Assembly: GCA_021498095.1 (NCBI GenBank)
Contig: JAIZWK010000001.1
Coordinates: 1,140,001 to 1,172,000, forward strand
Direction: 5' to 3'
Origin: Candidatus Harpocratesius repetitus
GTDB taxonomy: Archaea; Asgardarchaeota; Lokiarchaeia; Sigyniarchaeales; Promethearchaeaceae
Length of the DNA stretch: 32,000 nt
Position 1 is the first letter of the stretch. Each line of letters begins with the position of its first letter. Of this stretch, positions 1 through 8,663 are shown in pieces. The position numbers and the translations under genes are program-made. Below the pieces are notes generated by a model. It had not been told where the DNA came from, did not search any database, and worked only from the letters and a program-made list of their open reading frames with translations.

Positions 1-562
1 TTCCCATAAAAATGTTATATCTATTTTCAGGTGAGTCGTTAATAAAAGCTAAGAAATCTTCAGCTGGAACAAAAACTAATTCATCATTTGCATCAATTCC
101 AACATTAGAATATGCTTCAAGAAGATCCTTCACATCTGCTCCAGACAATTTATCGAACTTTCGATTATCTGGATTATAAATATAAAAAGTTGTCCGACCT
201 GCTGGATGGATTTTTCTTCTTATTTTTACTTCTTCATTCCACAGATATTTCTTATTAAATTTGAGATTTTTTGAATGCAAGATACGTTGTTTCTCATCAA
301 TCCCTTGAGGATTTCGCAATGATATTTCAATTGTTGCTTCTTTTTCTTTATTTCTAAGATAATCAGTCAAACGTTCCATTCGAATTGTGCGAGATCTTAA
401 TCCAAATATTAATCGTAAAGCGTCTAAGAACAAGCTTTTTCCAGATCCATTTTTTCCTGTTAAAACTGTGATTCCATCGGGTAACGAAACTGAAACATTG
501 TCATATAGTAAGAAATTATCAATTTTTATATTTTTAATTAGTCCTAATGCATTTGTTACCAT
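1..562 (-). CDS. SMC-family (SMC/ClsN/SMC5-6/JetC-like) ATPase, N-terminal head; 3' part runs off the window start
   Basis: Not in the ORF track. Manual translation from ATG at 562: MVTNALGLIKNIKIDNFLLYDNVSVSLPDGITVLTGKNGSGKSLFLDALRLIFGLRSRTIRMERLTDYLRNKEKEATIEISLRN...NVGIDANDELVFVPAEDFLAFINDSPENRYNIFMG. It shows the I-x-I-x-NF start, Walker A GKNGSGKS (434-457), an R-loop-like RSRTIRMERLTDYL, and stays open to base 1. A purine-rich GGAAGGAAG lies upstream. Confidence 0.88.
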   Translation of the reverse strand, partial: MVTNALGLIKNIKIDNFLLYDNVSVSLPDGITVLTGKNGSGKSLFLDALRLIFGLRSRTIRMERLTDYLRNKEKEATIEISLRNPQGIDEKQRILHSKNLKFNKKYLWNEEVKIRRKIHPAGRTTFYIYNPDNRKFDKLSGADVKDLLEAYSNVGIDANDELVFVPAEDFLAFINDSPENRYNIFMG

Positions 563-641
563 TTATACTTCCTTCCTGTTTTTTTTTTGATTCTTTTCTT
601 AATTTATATTTGTTTTTATTTTATTGTTAATAGACAAAAAA

Positions 642-1625
642 CTAAGATTCACCTGATAAAACATCGTAATCAGCATTGAAGTTATAATTTTCTTTATTCT
701 CTGATTCAGAATCGATAGAAGAATCTTCTTTATTATTGATTTTTGAAATTGATTTTATTGCTTCCATTAAAATTTTGAGGGAGAATTCAATTTTTTCATG
801 TTTATCTTTTCTATTTGCATAACTTCGTAAAACTGCAATTTGAAAGACACGTTCGATATCAGCTCCAGTCATTGAAGTTGATGCCCTAAGTACTCCTGAT
901 TTATTTTCATCATCATTTAAATTAATATTCACATCAAAATTATCATTTTCACGCAATTTTTGAAGGAAATGTTCGATTAATTGAAAACGCATTTCATCAG
1001 ATGGAGGTGGGAAATCAATTTTAAATGTAAAACGCCTCCACACCGCTTTATCTAGTTGATTTGGATGATTTGTAGCTCCAATAATTCCCAAAGGAAGTTT
1101 TTTTTCTAAAACCAAATCCAATTCTTGTAAAAATGAAATTACCATCCTTTTGATTTCTCCGACATCGCTTTTATTTGCCCGTTCACTTGAAATAGCATCT
1201 ATTTCATCAAAGAAAAGAATAATCGGATTTTTTGTTCGAGCATACATTTCTGCTTGTCGTAAAAGATTTTTTACGCGATTAAGAGATTCTCCTAAAAGTG
1301 AACCAATCAAAGCATTCGAAAAAACAACAATAATTGGGATTTTGTATTCCTTTGCAAATGCTTTTGCTAAAGTGGTTTTTCCTGTTCCAGGAGGCCCAAC
1401 TAGTAATGCAGAAAAAATTATTGGAATAGGGAATTCAATAAAGGTTGAATCTTTTGAATAATCGTTTAACGCCTTAAAAAAAGAATTCAAATAGGTTTTT
1501 TGTTCATCTAAACCTAATAATTCGTCTTTTTTAATTTTAATATCATTTGGCATATATATTTCCCCAAACTGCCCTAAATATTGTTCTATTTTTGCTTTAA
1601 TGCTAGTATAATCTTCTGGTTTCAT
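642..1625 (-). CDS. Single-domain classical-clade AAA+ ATPase (327 aa)
   Basis: Walker A GPPGTGKT, Walker B ILFFDEID, sensor-1 IGATN, second region of homology LDKAVWRRF. Only a short N-terminal segment and an acidic C-terminal tail flank the ATPase module. Confidence 0.93.
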   Translation of the reverse strand: MKPEDYTSIKAKIEQYLGQFGEIYMPNDIKIKKDELLGLDEQKTYLNSFFKALNDYSKDSTFIEFPIPIIFSALLVGPPGTGKTTLAKAFAKEYKIPIIVVFSNALIGSLLGESLNRVKNLLRQAEMYARTKNPIILFFDEIDAISSERANKSDVGEIKRMVISFLQELDLVLEKKLPLGIIGATNHPNQLDKAVWRRFTFKIDFPPPSDEMRFQLIEHFLQKLRENDNFDVNINLNDDENKSGVLRASTSMTGADIERVFQIAVLRSYANRKDKHEKIEFSLKILMEAIKSISKINNKEDSSIDSESENKENYNFNADYDVLSGES

Positions 1626-1959
1626 TCTGATTTCTCTCTAATGCGTTGTTTCAAAGGATGATTTTAAACAAAAATCGAAAATGGTAAAGAAATAGAGTGT
1701 GATCGAACTCTTGAAATAAAAAATACACCATTTGATAAAAAATTTTCGCTAAGTTTAGAAAGAATGTATGGTATTGTGAGATGTAATAATAATAGACAAC
1801 CTTTTGCTTATAAAATGAAAAAATTTAAGAAGCTGGATAAGATCTCGAATATATTTTCATATTTACTAATTGACCTTAATATTTTTGCAGATTGATAATA
1901 ATATTTTAAAGTTTTTTTCCTAATGTCATCTTTGAAAAAAAAGAAAATTATTAATGAAA

Positions 1960-3645
1960 TTACAAATCGATTTCTTGAGCTAATTTGATAAGTAAATTAT
2001 TAATAATTTCGTTTTCGCTACCTATATATTCAAAAATGTCTCGTCCCTCTTTAAGTCCGCTTTTAACAACACTTTTTTTAAGATTTAGAAATATAGGATA
2101 AGATAATATTCGTTTCAAACGCGCGATCAATCTCATTTTAAGTTCCATTTGATTAAAAAATTTAAATAATTGGTTGTGCTCTATTAAAGAATCAAATTCT
2201 TCTATTGATTCTGAAGATAATCCTATAGTCATCGATTTTATTGCAAATATTTTATAAATAATATAGCTGAAAAAACCTGCGATTTTGTTTGTCAGACTAG
2301 TCGAAAGGTTGTCTTTTCTTTCAAAAGAGATTTTTGCCAAATATAATTGGTATAATGTTTCTGAGTTAAGTAGTGGTATATATTTAATACCATTTTTATC
2401 ATTAAGACTTTCATACATTAGTCCTTTTTCCTTTAATATAACAGCAAGTTGAGGACCTATAATATAAAAATCATAATCTTGATTTTCATATGGTTCATCT
2501 AATAAAGAATTTATTTCTTCAATTTCGTGTGGATTTTGATTTTCAATTAATTGTCCGGCAGGAATAAAACCAATTGCTTCAAGAATATAATTACTTCTTG
2601 CTCGAATACTTTTAGCAATATTTGAAATGAATATTTCATTAACTAAACGAAGAAATACTCCCGGATATTCGTTATTTCCAAAGTGAACAAATCGTGGATG
2701 AGTATTTAATGCTTGAGTTACACGTTCAAAGAATTCTCTCAAATTGTGGGTAATTATTGTTAGTTTTTTTGTGATTCTTGAATCATCTTGAGTATTAGGG
2801 CTGCTGATCATCTCAAGTTGAAGAGGAAAAAACTCTGATTCAAGTAATAATTTCTCAAAATTCTCTTTTTGTGAACCTAGATTTGGAAAAAGATGGTCTG
2901 TTAATTTTTTAACAATATCTGTTAATTTATGTTTATTGGATGAAGCTAATTCTGTACTTTCAAGAATGTGAATATAATAATCAAGAAATTTCAAAATTTC
3001 GCGAATATTGCGTAACTCTATATCATAATCAAAGTTTTGTTGATATAATTGAGAAATACAAACACGATAATATTCTTTTAAAAATAATCTCATGAATTCA
3101 GCACTTTTTGATATATGACCAACCCTGAAATTTTCAATATTTTTCTCAATGATCTTTAAATAATATGTATATAAACACTCATTGAAATATCCATTAATTG
3201 TATCTTTAATTTGGTTCTGTGTTAAATGAGAACTTGAAGTTCCTTGAATTAATTCTGAAATGTACATTTTTATGGAAACAAAAAATGAGTTTAAGGTTAT
3301 TTTTACATGTTCAGTTTGTAAAATTTTATCTGAATTAAGATTTTTTGATTGATATTCATTTTTTCTCTTCAAATTTATGTTTCGATCAAGTCGTAATAAT
3401 AAATTTTTTTGTAATTTTTCAATTTGTTCCAATGTAGCAGTAAAATTATCATTATTTGAATTTGTAGAACTAATGATTTGAACAATTTTTTTTCTAAGAT
3501 TTGGATTTACTTCGAGGATTAAAGTCAAGTCTCGCAAAAATGAATTGAATACTGATTTAATCATTTCAGGTATTTCAAGAAATCTATTAATATCATAAAA
3601 CCATCTATCATTATCATTTCTTCCATTATAATTTTGGCTTAGCAT
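1960..3645 (-). CDS. Uncharacterised helical protein (561 aa), candidate non-SMC subunit
   Basis: Long ORF with a GGAGG RBS at 3653-3657 and a 23-nt gap to the upstream gene. It has a coiled-coil-like segment (LEQIEKLQKNLLLRLDRN). No family motif recognised. Confidence 0.8.
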   Translation of the reverse strand: MLSQNYNGRNDNDRWFYDINRFLEIPEMIKSVFNSFLRDLTLILEVNPNLRKKIVQIISSTNSNNDNFTATLEQIEKLQKNLLLRLDRNINLKRKNEYQSKNLNSDKILQTEHVKITLNSFFVSIKMYISELIQGTSSSHLTQNQIKDTINGYFNECLYTYYLKIIEKNIENFRVGHISKSAEFMRLFLKEYYRVCISQLYQQNFDYDIELRNIREILKFLDYYIHILESTELASSNKHKLTDIVKKLTDHLFPNLGSQKENFEKLLLESEFFPLQLEMISSPNTQDDSRITKKLTIITHNLREFFERVTQALNTHPRFVHFGNNEYPGVFLRLVNEIFISNIAKSIRARSNYILEAIGFIPAGQLIENQNPHEIEEINSLLDEPYENQDYDFYIIGPQLAVILKEKGLMYESLNDKNGIKYIPLLNSETLYQLYLAKISFERKDNLSTSLTNKIAGFFSYIIYKIFAIKSMTIGLSSESIEEFDSLIEHNQLFKFFNQMELKMRLIARLKRILSYPIFLNLKKSVVKSGLKEGRDIFEYIGSENEIINNLLIKLAQEIDL

Positions 3646-3652
3646 TTATATT

Positions 3653-3657
3653 CCTCC
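3653..3657 (-). promoter_or_regulatory. Shine-Dalgarno motif GGAGG for the 561-aa ORF
   Basis: The minus strand reads GGAGGAATATAAATG, so GGAGG ends 7 nt before the ATG at 3645. Confidence 0.7.
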
Positions 3658-3668
3658 ATACTGTTTTA

Positions 3669-4940
3669 CTAAGATTCTTTCTCAACTCCAGCAGTAAGAT
3701 CTGCTAAAAGATTTTCCACATCTACTAAGATTGGTATGTTAATTCTTATTTTTTCACCCAATTTCCATTGATTTACAGATGGAATTCGAGTTGCTAGTTG
3801 TTTTAATAACTTTCGAATATTAATTTCATCTGCTGGATTAATTACACTTTTCTTTTCTTGATTCTCTATTTGAGAATCTATCTCAGCAGAAATATATTTC
3901 ATCCAAGCAGGTCCTCCAACCACATATGATACACATTTAACCAAAGGTATTGCATAAATTTCGATTATTTCATCAAATACCCATGATTTTGGAATAATTT
4001 GCATAGTAGAATCAAAACCTTGATTTTCCATAAGTTCACGATTATTTCCATAACGCTCAAATGGTTCTGTTATGGAAACTTGGGATGCTAACAAGAATAA
4101 TAACGCAATTTGTGTTGTTATACCGATAATCAAATTTTTATTTAGACGCTCTCTTTCATAAGAGCAAAAATGAGCTAGAATTATCGCCGAAAATAAATTA
4201 ATATCAAATATAACATCATTTTCAAATTCATATCTCCCCTCGTCATTTTTATAAAGAATATTATATGCTTTTAATAACTCCATTATATCAGATGGAAATT
4301 GATAATATATTTTCGTTATTCTATTTCCCGTTTTTGGATCTATCTCAGATTTCTTAATTTCTTGTAGATGTAAATATTTAATCAATCTTTGTACTTTGTT
4401 ATCCAGTTTTGTTGCTGAACTCTGAAATAAATTCTGAAGAGTGGATTCAGACACAACTAAATACTTCGAAGATTTAAAAGCTAAGATAATTTTACTAAGA
4501 AGTTGCTCTTCTTCTTGTTTCATAACAGCTTTTGTAGAAGGTGAAACTAAAAAAAGAATAAATTCTCGAATAGTTGCTCTTTGAATTCGAAGTAAGCGAA
4601 TATTATTGGAAAAATCATCAATTAAAAAAAGGGATTCAATTAGGTGTTTAATTGTTGAAATAAAGTCTTCTTTTAAAGGAAAAAACCGATCAGCTAAAGT
4701 TTCAATGATTTTAATAAAACCTTGACCATTCTGATTTAAAAGAGCAGGAAGTGTTGTGTCCCAAAATCTCAATTCAACATTATTTACATTGTTCGGTCTG
4801 AGTGGCGAAGTATTTATAAAATAATTATTTGATTTTAGTTTTTCTAGCACTTTTTGAGAAGCTTGATTTAAGTTTTGAAGTAATTCATTCCATTCTTGTG
4901 TTGTAAAAATATCTTTAAAATTAATGCCCATATTAATCAC
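3669..4940 (-). CDS. Uncharacterised protein (423 aa) with a winged-helix-like segment
   Basis: The GTG start overlaps the upstream stop (GTGA); an alternative ATG lies at 4931. The segment LLSKIILAFKSSKYLVVSESTLQNLF...KVQRLIKYLHLQEIKKSEIDPKTGNRITKIYYQFP reads like helix-helix-helix-wing. Confidence 0.78.
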   Translation of the reverse strand: MINMGINFKDIFTTQEWNELLQNLNQASQKVLEKLKSNNYFINTSPLRPNNVNNVELRFWDTTLPALLNQNGQGFIKIIETLADRFFPLKEDFISTIKHLIESLFLIDDFSNNIRLLRIQRATIREFILFLVSPSTKAVMKQEEEQLLSKIILAFKSSKYLVVSESTLQNLFQSSATKLDNKVQRLIKYLHLQEIKKSEIDPKTGNRITKIYYQFPSDIMELLKAYNILYKNDEGRYEFENDVIFDINLFSAIILAHFCSYERERLNKNLIIGITTQIALLFLLASQVSITEPFERYGNNRELMENQGFDSTMQIIPKSWVFDEIIEIYAIPLVKCVSYVVGGPAWMKYISAEIDSQIENQEKKSVINPADEINIRKLLKQLATRIPSVNQWKLGEKIRINIPILVDVENLLADLTAGVEKES

Positions 4941-6136
4941 TCTTCTGATGTTTCTGAATCGCTAAAATCTTCATTCGATTCTGATCTATTTTTTTTAAGT
5001 AATCGTTCTAAGGAAAATTGATGATAAACAATTTCGATTTTATTTAAATCCAATTCTTTATAAATTTCTTTGTTTGTTATGTATTCTCCCAATAGATCTC
5101 TTGTAAGTTTTAAATAATTTCTTGGACCATTTACTCCTAATTGATTCACAAAGTCTGTAAATTCTTTCTTAGAATTATCAGAAAAATATGCTTGATATTC
5201 TCTTTCGGCTTTTTCTTTTATTTTCTTAAATTCCCAGTTCAATTTTAGAATTTTATCTAAAGCTAATATATATTCTTGATGATTATCGGAATAAGTATCA
5301 GAAGAGATTAATTCAACCAAATCTTCATTAAAATCATCGTTATTATCAATAATATATTGGATTATATTTTCGTTTCTTTTTTCTTTTAAAATTGATTTTA
5401 CAATTCCATCCACTTTACGAGAGTTTTCGAAATAATAGGGAAAAATCTTTACTAACAGATTTTTAATGGAATTTAAATACTCATCGATATAATCTTTTAT
5501 TTTATGAATATTATATTCTGCGAAGAATAGTGGTTCAAGAATTAAATTCATTTCACGAATTACTTCAAAAGTTTCTTTAGGAAAAAGTAGAAGATCATCT
5601 CCATCAATATTGTGGATATTTAAAATATTATGTATTACTGGATATTTCCTGCACCGGACATTTTCTAGTTCAAATGTTTGCTGTTTTATTAATAATTTTT
5701 TTCTTTTCCATTCTTTGAAAAAAGAACCTAAAGCATTAGCAAGATCTTCAGGATAATAATAATATCTTAGGAGGTTATTATTTCCATCTTTAAAAAACAT
5801 GAACAAATTCCGAAGATATTTTAAACTTTTGGAATCTAAGTATATATCTAATGATTCTTTTTTATTATCCGCAAAAAGATGATATTTCCATAAAATTTCT
5901 AAAATTGGGCGATCTATTAAAATTAATTCATCAGATTGATCCGTTTTTTCAAGTTCATAAATATCTATCAAATTACTGATTATTTTCTTTCGATCTTTTA
6001 AATTGTTTACCTGGTCAAAAAGTTCATCATGGATTAAAAAAAGATAGCTGAGCAATTGTCGCTTTTGTTCTGAATTTAAAAGATTTTTTATCAAAGTTGC
6101 ATCAATTATAGGATCTAAAGTATTGTGTGGTTGCAT
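4937..6136 (-). CDS. Uncharacterised helical protein (399 aa) with an acidic C-terminal tail
   Basis: Long ORF and first gene of the cluster. Its stop overlaps the next start by 4 nt. No family motif recognised. Confidence 0.78.
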   Translation of the reverse strand: MQPHNTLDPIIDATLIKNLLNSEQKRQLLSYLFLIHDELFDQVNNLKDRKKIISNLIDIYELEKTDQSDELILIDRPILEILWKYHLFADNKKESLDIYLDSKSLKYLRNLFMFFKDGNNNLLRYYYYPEDLANALGSFFKEWKRKKLLIKQQTFELENVRCRKYPVIHNILNIHNIDGDDLLLFPKETFEVIREMNLILEPLFFAEYNIHKIKDYIDEYLNSIKNLLVKIFPYYFENSRKVDGIVKSILKEKRNENIIQYIIDNNDDFNEDLVELISSDTYSDNHQEYILALDKILKLNWEFKKIKEKAEREYQAYFSDNSKKEFTDFVNQLGVNGPRNYLKLTRDLLGEYITNKEIYKELDLNKIEIVYHQFSLERLLKKNRSESNEDFSDSETSEE

Positions 6137-6658
6137 TTAAATCACAAATTTTTCAATTATTAATTAATTTTTAAATAACAATTATTTAAAAGATAGTTGT
6201 ATTGATTTCTGGAAGAAGCTTCTAAAAATTGGTTAGCATTTGATATTTGAATACTAGATGAATTAACTAAGCTAGTAATATTCAAAATTAATGATCTCAT
6301 AAAAATTTTTCGTTTTTCTAAAATCTGCAGAAATCCCAATTTATTATTTGTTTATCGTCGAATTCTTATACAATAGAAAAATTGAAAATAAAAACATAAA
6401 AAAAAGTATAATCAATAAAAGATAACATCTAAATGACTTTTACACCTTCATGGGAGAAAAATTCATAAATATATGGGCAATATTCATGATTATTTTCACA
6501 ATCTTGTAATTTAATCTTGTATCCTTTATGTATTATATTTAGTAATAATTATTTGCCAATCTTTTGAAATTTGATCATCTCTTTGTAATTCTATGCTTTT
6601 TTTGTTTGTACAAGCTTTTTAGGAGAAAAATAGTATATTCTTATTTCACCCAGAAAAG

Positions 6659-6847
6659 ATGAAGAATTTCACCAAGAATGTTTTGAATGAATGCTCTTTA
6701 CTTATTGAATACAAGTATTTAGAAATACATGAACAAGAAGGAATAAAAAAAGTGCTTATTACACCAATAGGAAAAGCAGTTTGTAAAGATATTGTTAATA
6801 AGGTTGATTTGCATGAAATTCTTTCATTTTTAGAAAAAAAAGAATAA
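6659..6847 (+). CDS. Small protein (62 aa), possible winged-helix fragment
   Basis: YLEIHEQEGIKKVLITPIGKAV resembles the wing ('iT..G') of wHTH proteins. It is short and the start is uncertain. Confidence 0.35.
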   Translation: MKNFTKNVLNECSLLIEYKYLEIHEQEGIKKVLITPIGKAVCKDIVNKVDLHEILSFLEKKE

Positions 6848-6867
6848 CAATATAGATCTTTTGAAAT

Positions 6868-8031
6868 TTATAGGCAATGTACTCCTTCAGAAGGCGTTGA
6901 TTCATAAATTACAGCACGATAGCCAAATATTTCTTCATATTCTCCTAGTTTTTTCTTATATTCGCTTAATGCTTCATCTGTGAATAAACCAATCGTACAC
7001 CCTCCAAATCCTGCTCCGATCATACGGGATCCCAGGCAGCCTTTTATTGAGATGGCAGTTTCAACCAACCAATCAAGTTCCTTGCAACTTACTTCATAAT
7101 CGTCCCTTAAACTTGCATGAGATTCATTTAAAAGTTTTCCAAATGATTCAAAATCATTGGAAGTGAGGAATTCTTTTGCTTTTTTCACTCTTTCATTTTC
7201 CAAAATGACATGTCTTGCTCGTTTTTTGATATTTTCTGGAATTAATGCCTTCATTTTTTCAAGATCTTCTAATGAGAAATCTCTTAATGATTTTTTCTGA
7301 TCTGATGAATTAAGTATTTTTACTGCCTCAGCACATTCATTAACACGTTCATTGTATTTTGATTGACTTAATTTATGAAGCACATTTGAATTCGTAATAA
7401 TCAAATGGTAAGGTGCAAAATTGCATGGAATTAATTCATATTTGAGTGAGCGACAATCCAAAAACATGCATGTGTTTTTTTGAGCTAAAAGTGAAATATA
7501 TTGATCCATGATTCCACATTGAACTTCTACAACTTCATGTTCTGCTTGTTGGCAAACTTTTGCAAGTTCTGTATTTGAAATGTTAAGTGAATATAGTTCT
7601 TTTATCGCAAATGCAACCGCAACTTCTAATGCTGCTGAAGAAGATAATCCAACTCCTTGAGGAATATTCCCAGCGAAGGTGATTCGAATTCCACCAATAT
7701 TATATCCTTTTTTATGTAAAATTTTTGCAACTCCCATTGGATAATTAAACCAATTATCTTTACTTCTTCCAAAATCACTATAAAGTGCAACCATTTTTTG
7801 ATCGAAATCAATAGAAAATACTGCAATTACTGAAGAGTCTGGAATTTTTGAGACAGCAACAGTTATTCCCATATCAATGGCCATTGGTAATACAAAACCT
7901 TCGGAATAATCTGTATGTTCTCCAATCAAATTTATTCTTCCAGGAGCAAAAACAATAATTTCTGGATCGCAACCAAATATTTCTTGATGTTTTTTTCTTA
8001 CTATTTCTGTTTCCATATATCTTTTCCCCAC
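6868..8031 (-). CDS. galK: Galactokinase (GHMP kinase family)
   Basis: APGRINLIGEHTDYSEG galactokinase signature, PQGVGLSSSAALEV GHMP ATP-binding loop, CGIMDQ, and GSRMIGAGFGGC. The real start may be the ATG at 8016. Confidence 0.95.
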   Translation of the reverse strand: MGKRYMETEIVRKKHQEIFGCDPEIIVFAPGRINLIGEHTDYSEGFVLPMAIDMGITVAVSKIPDSSVIAVFSIDFDQKMVALYSDFGRSKDNWFNYPMGVAKILHKKGYNIGGIRITFAGNIPQGVGLSSSAALEVAVAFAIKELYSLNISNTELAKVCQQAEHEVVEVQCGIMDQYISLLAQKNTCMFLDCRSLKYELIPCNFAPYHLIITNSNVLHKLSQSKYNERVNECAEAVKILNSSDQKKSLRDFSLEDLEKMKALIPENIKKRARHVILENERVKKAKEFLTSNDFESFGKLLNESHASLRDDYEVSCKELDWLVETAISIKGCLGSRMIGAGFGGCTIGLFTDEALSEYKKKLGEYEEIFGYRAVIYESTPSEGVHCL

Positions 8032-8135
8032 ATAATCTTTATTTTAAATGATTAAATAGTTTTCTTCTTTAAATATTGTAGGAAAATTAGATTTAACTAA
8101 AAAGAGAAAGAATAAAAAAGAAATTGAGCTAGAAT

Positions 8136-8570
8136 TTAATGATTCATATCAGCAACAAATGAATCAAATACTTTTTGAATGCGATCGGCTGTTGGTCCTC
8201 GACCTTCTACACCTTTTTCTGTAATAATTACTTTTCCACCTAGGATACTAATTGAATTATCATCACTTATTTTAATTGTCTCTCCTGGTAATACTTTTCG
8301 TAAACGTGCTGCCAATTCTTCCATTGGAAATGGTTCTCCTTCAATTGTAAAAGAAACCCACTTATTTCCATGAATAAAAATTGTTCCTAGTTTTCTTTTC
8401 TTTTCATTTCGAGCGTTTTCAAGACAAATCGTATGCGTCATATCAATTCCTATTAACCTTCCAGTGTAAAAATGGGCTGGGTATTCATGTTCAAGAATTA
8501 CTTTAACCATTGATTGCAAGGCATTAGCGATTTGTTTATTGAATTCCCGCGCTGCCGTTGAACTGCTCAT
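8136..8570 (-). CDS. Sm-like archaeal protein 3 (SmAP3): Sm fold plus C-terminal Lsm-C domain
   Basis: Sm1/Sm2-like YTGRLIGID...ICLENA...IFIHG, followed by a C-terminal domain ending KVIITEKGVEGRGPTADRIQKVF as in crenarchaeal SmAP3. Confidence 0.85.
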   Translation of the reverse strand: MSSSTAAREFNKQIANALQSMVKVILEHEYPAHFYTGRLIGIDMTHTICLENARNEKKRKLGTIFIHGNKWVSFTIEGEPFPMEELAARLRKVLPGETIKISDDNSISILGGKVIITEKGVEGRGPTADRIQKVFDSFVADMNH

Positions 8571-8663
8571 AGATTATTCTAAGTCAAACTAAATGAAAAA
8601 CTTTTTGATTCTCCAATTCCTATAATTTTACGCATTACGCATTAGAGATGGAGTTATTTTTCA

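Noticed and set aside
387-590. Track ORF, + strand, 67 aa
   Set aside because: Antisense shadow of the real minus-strand SMC gene (1-562).
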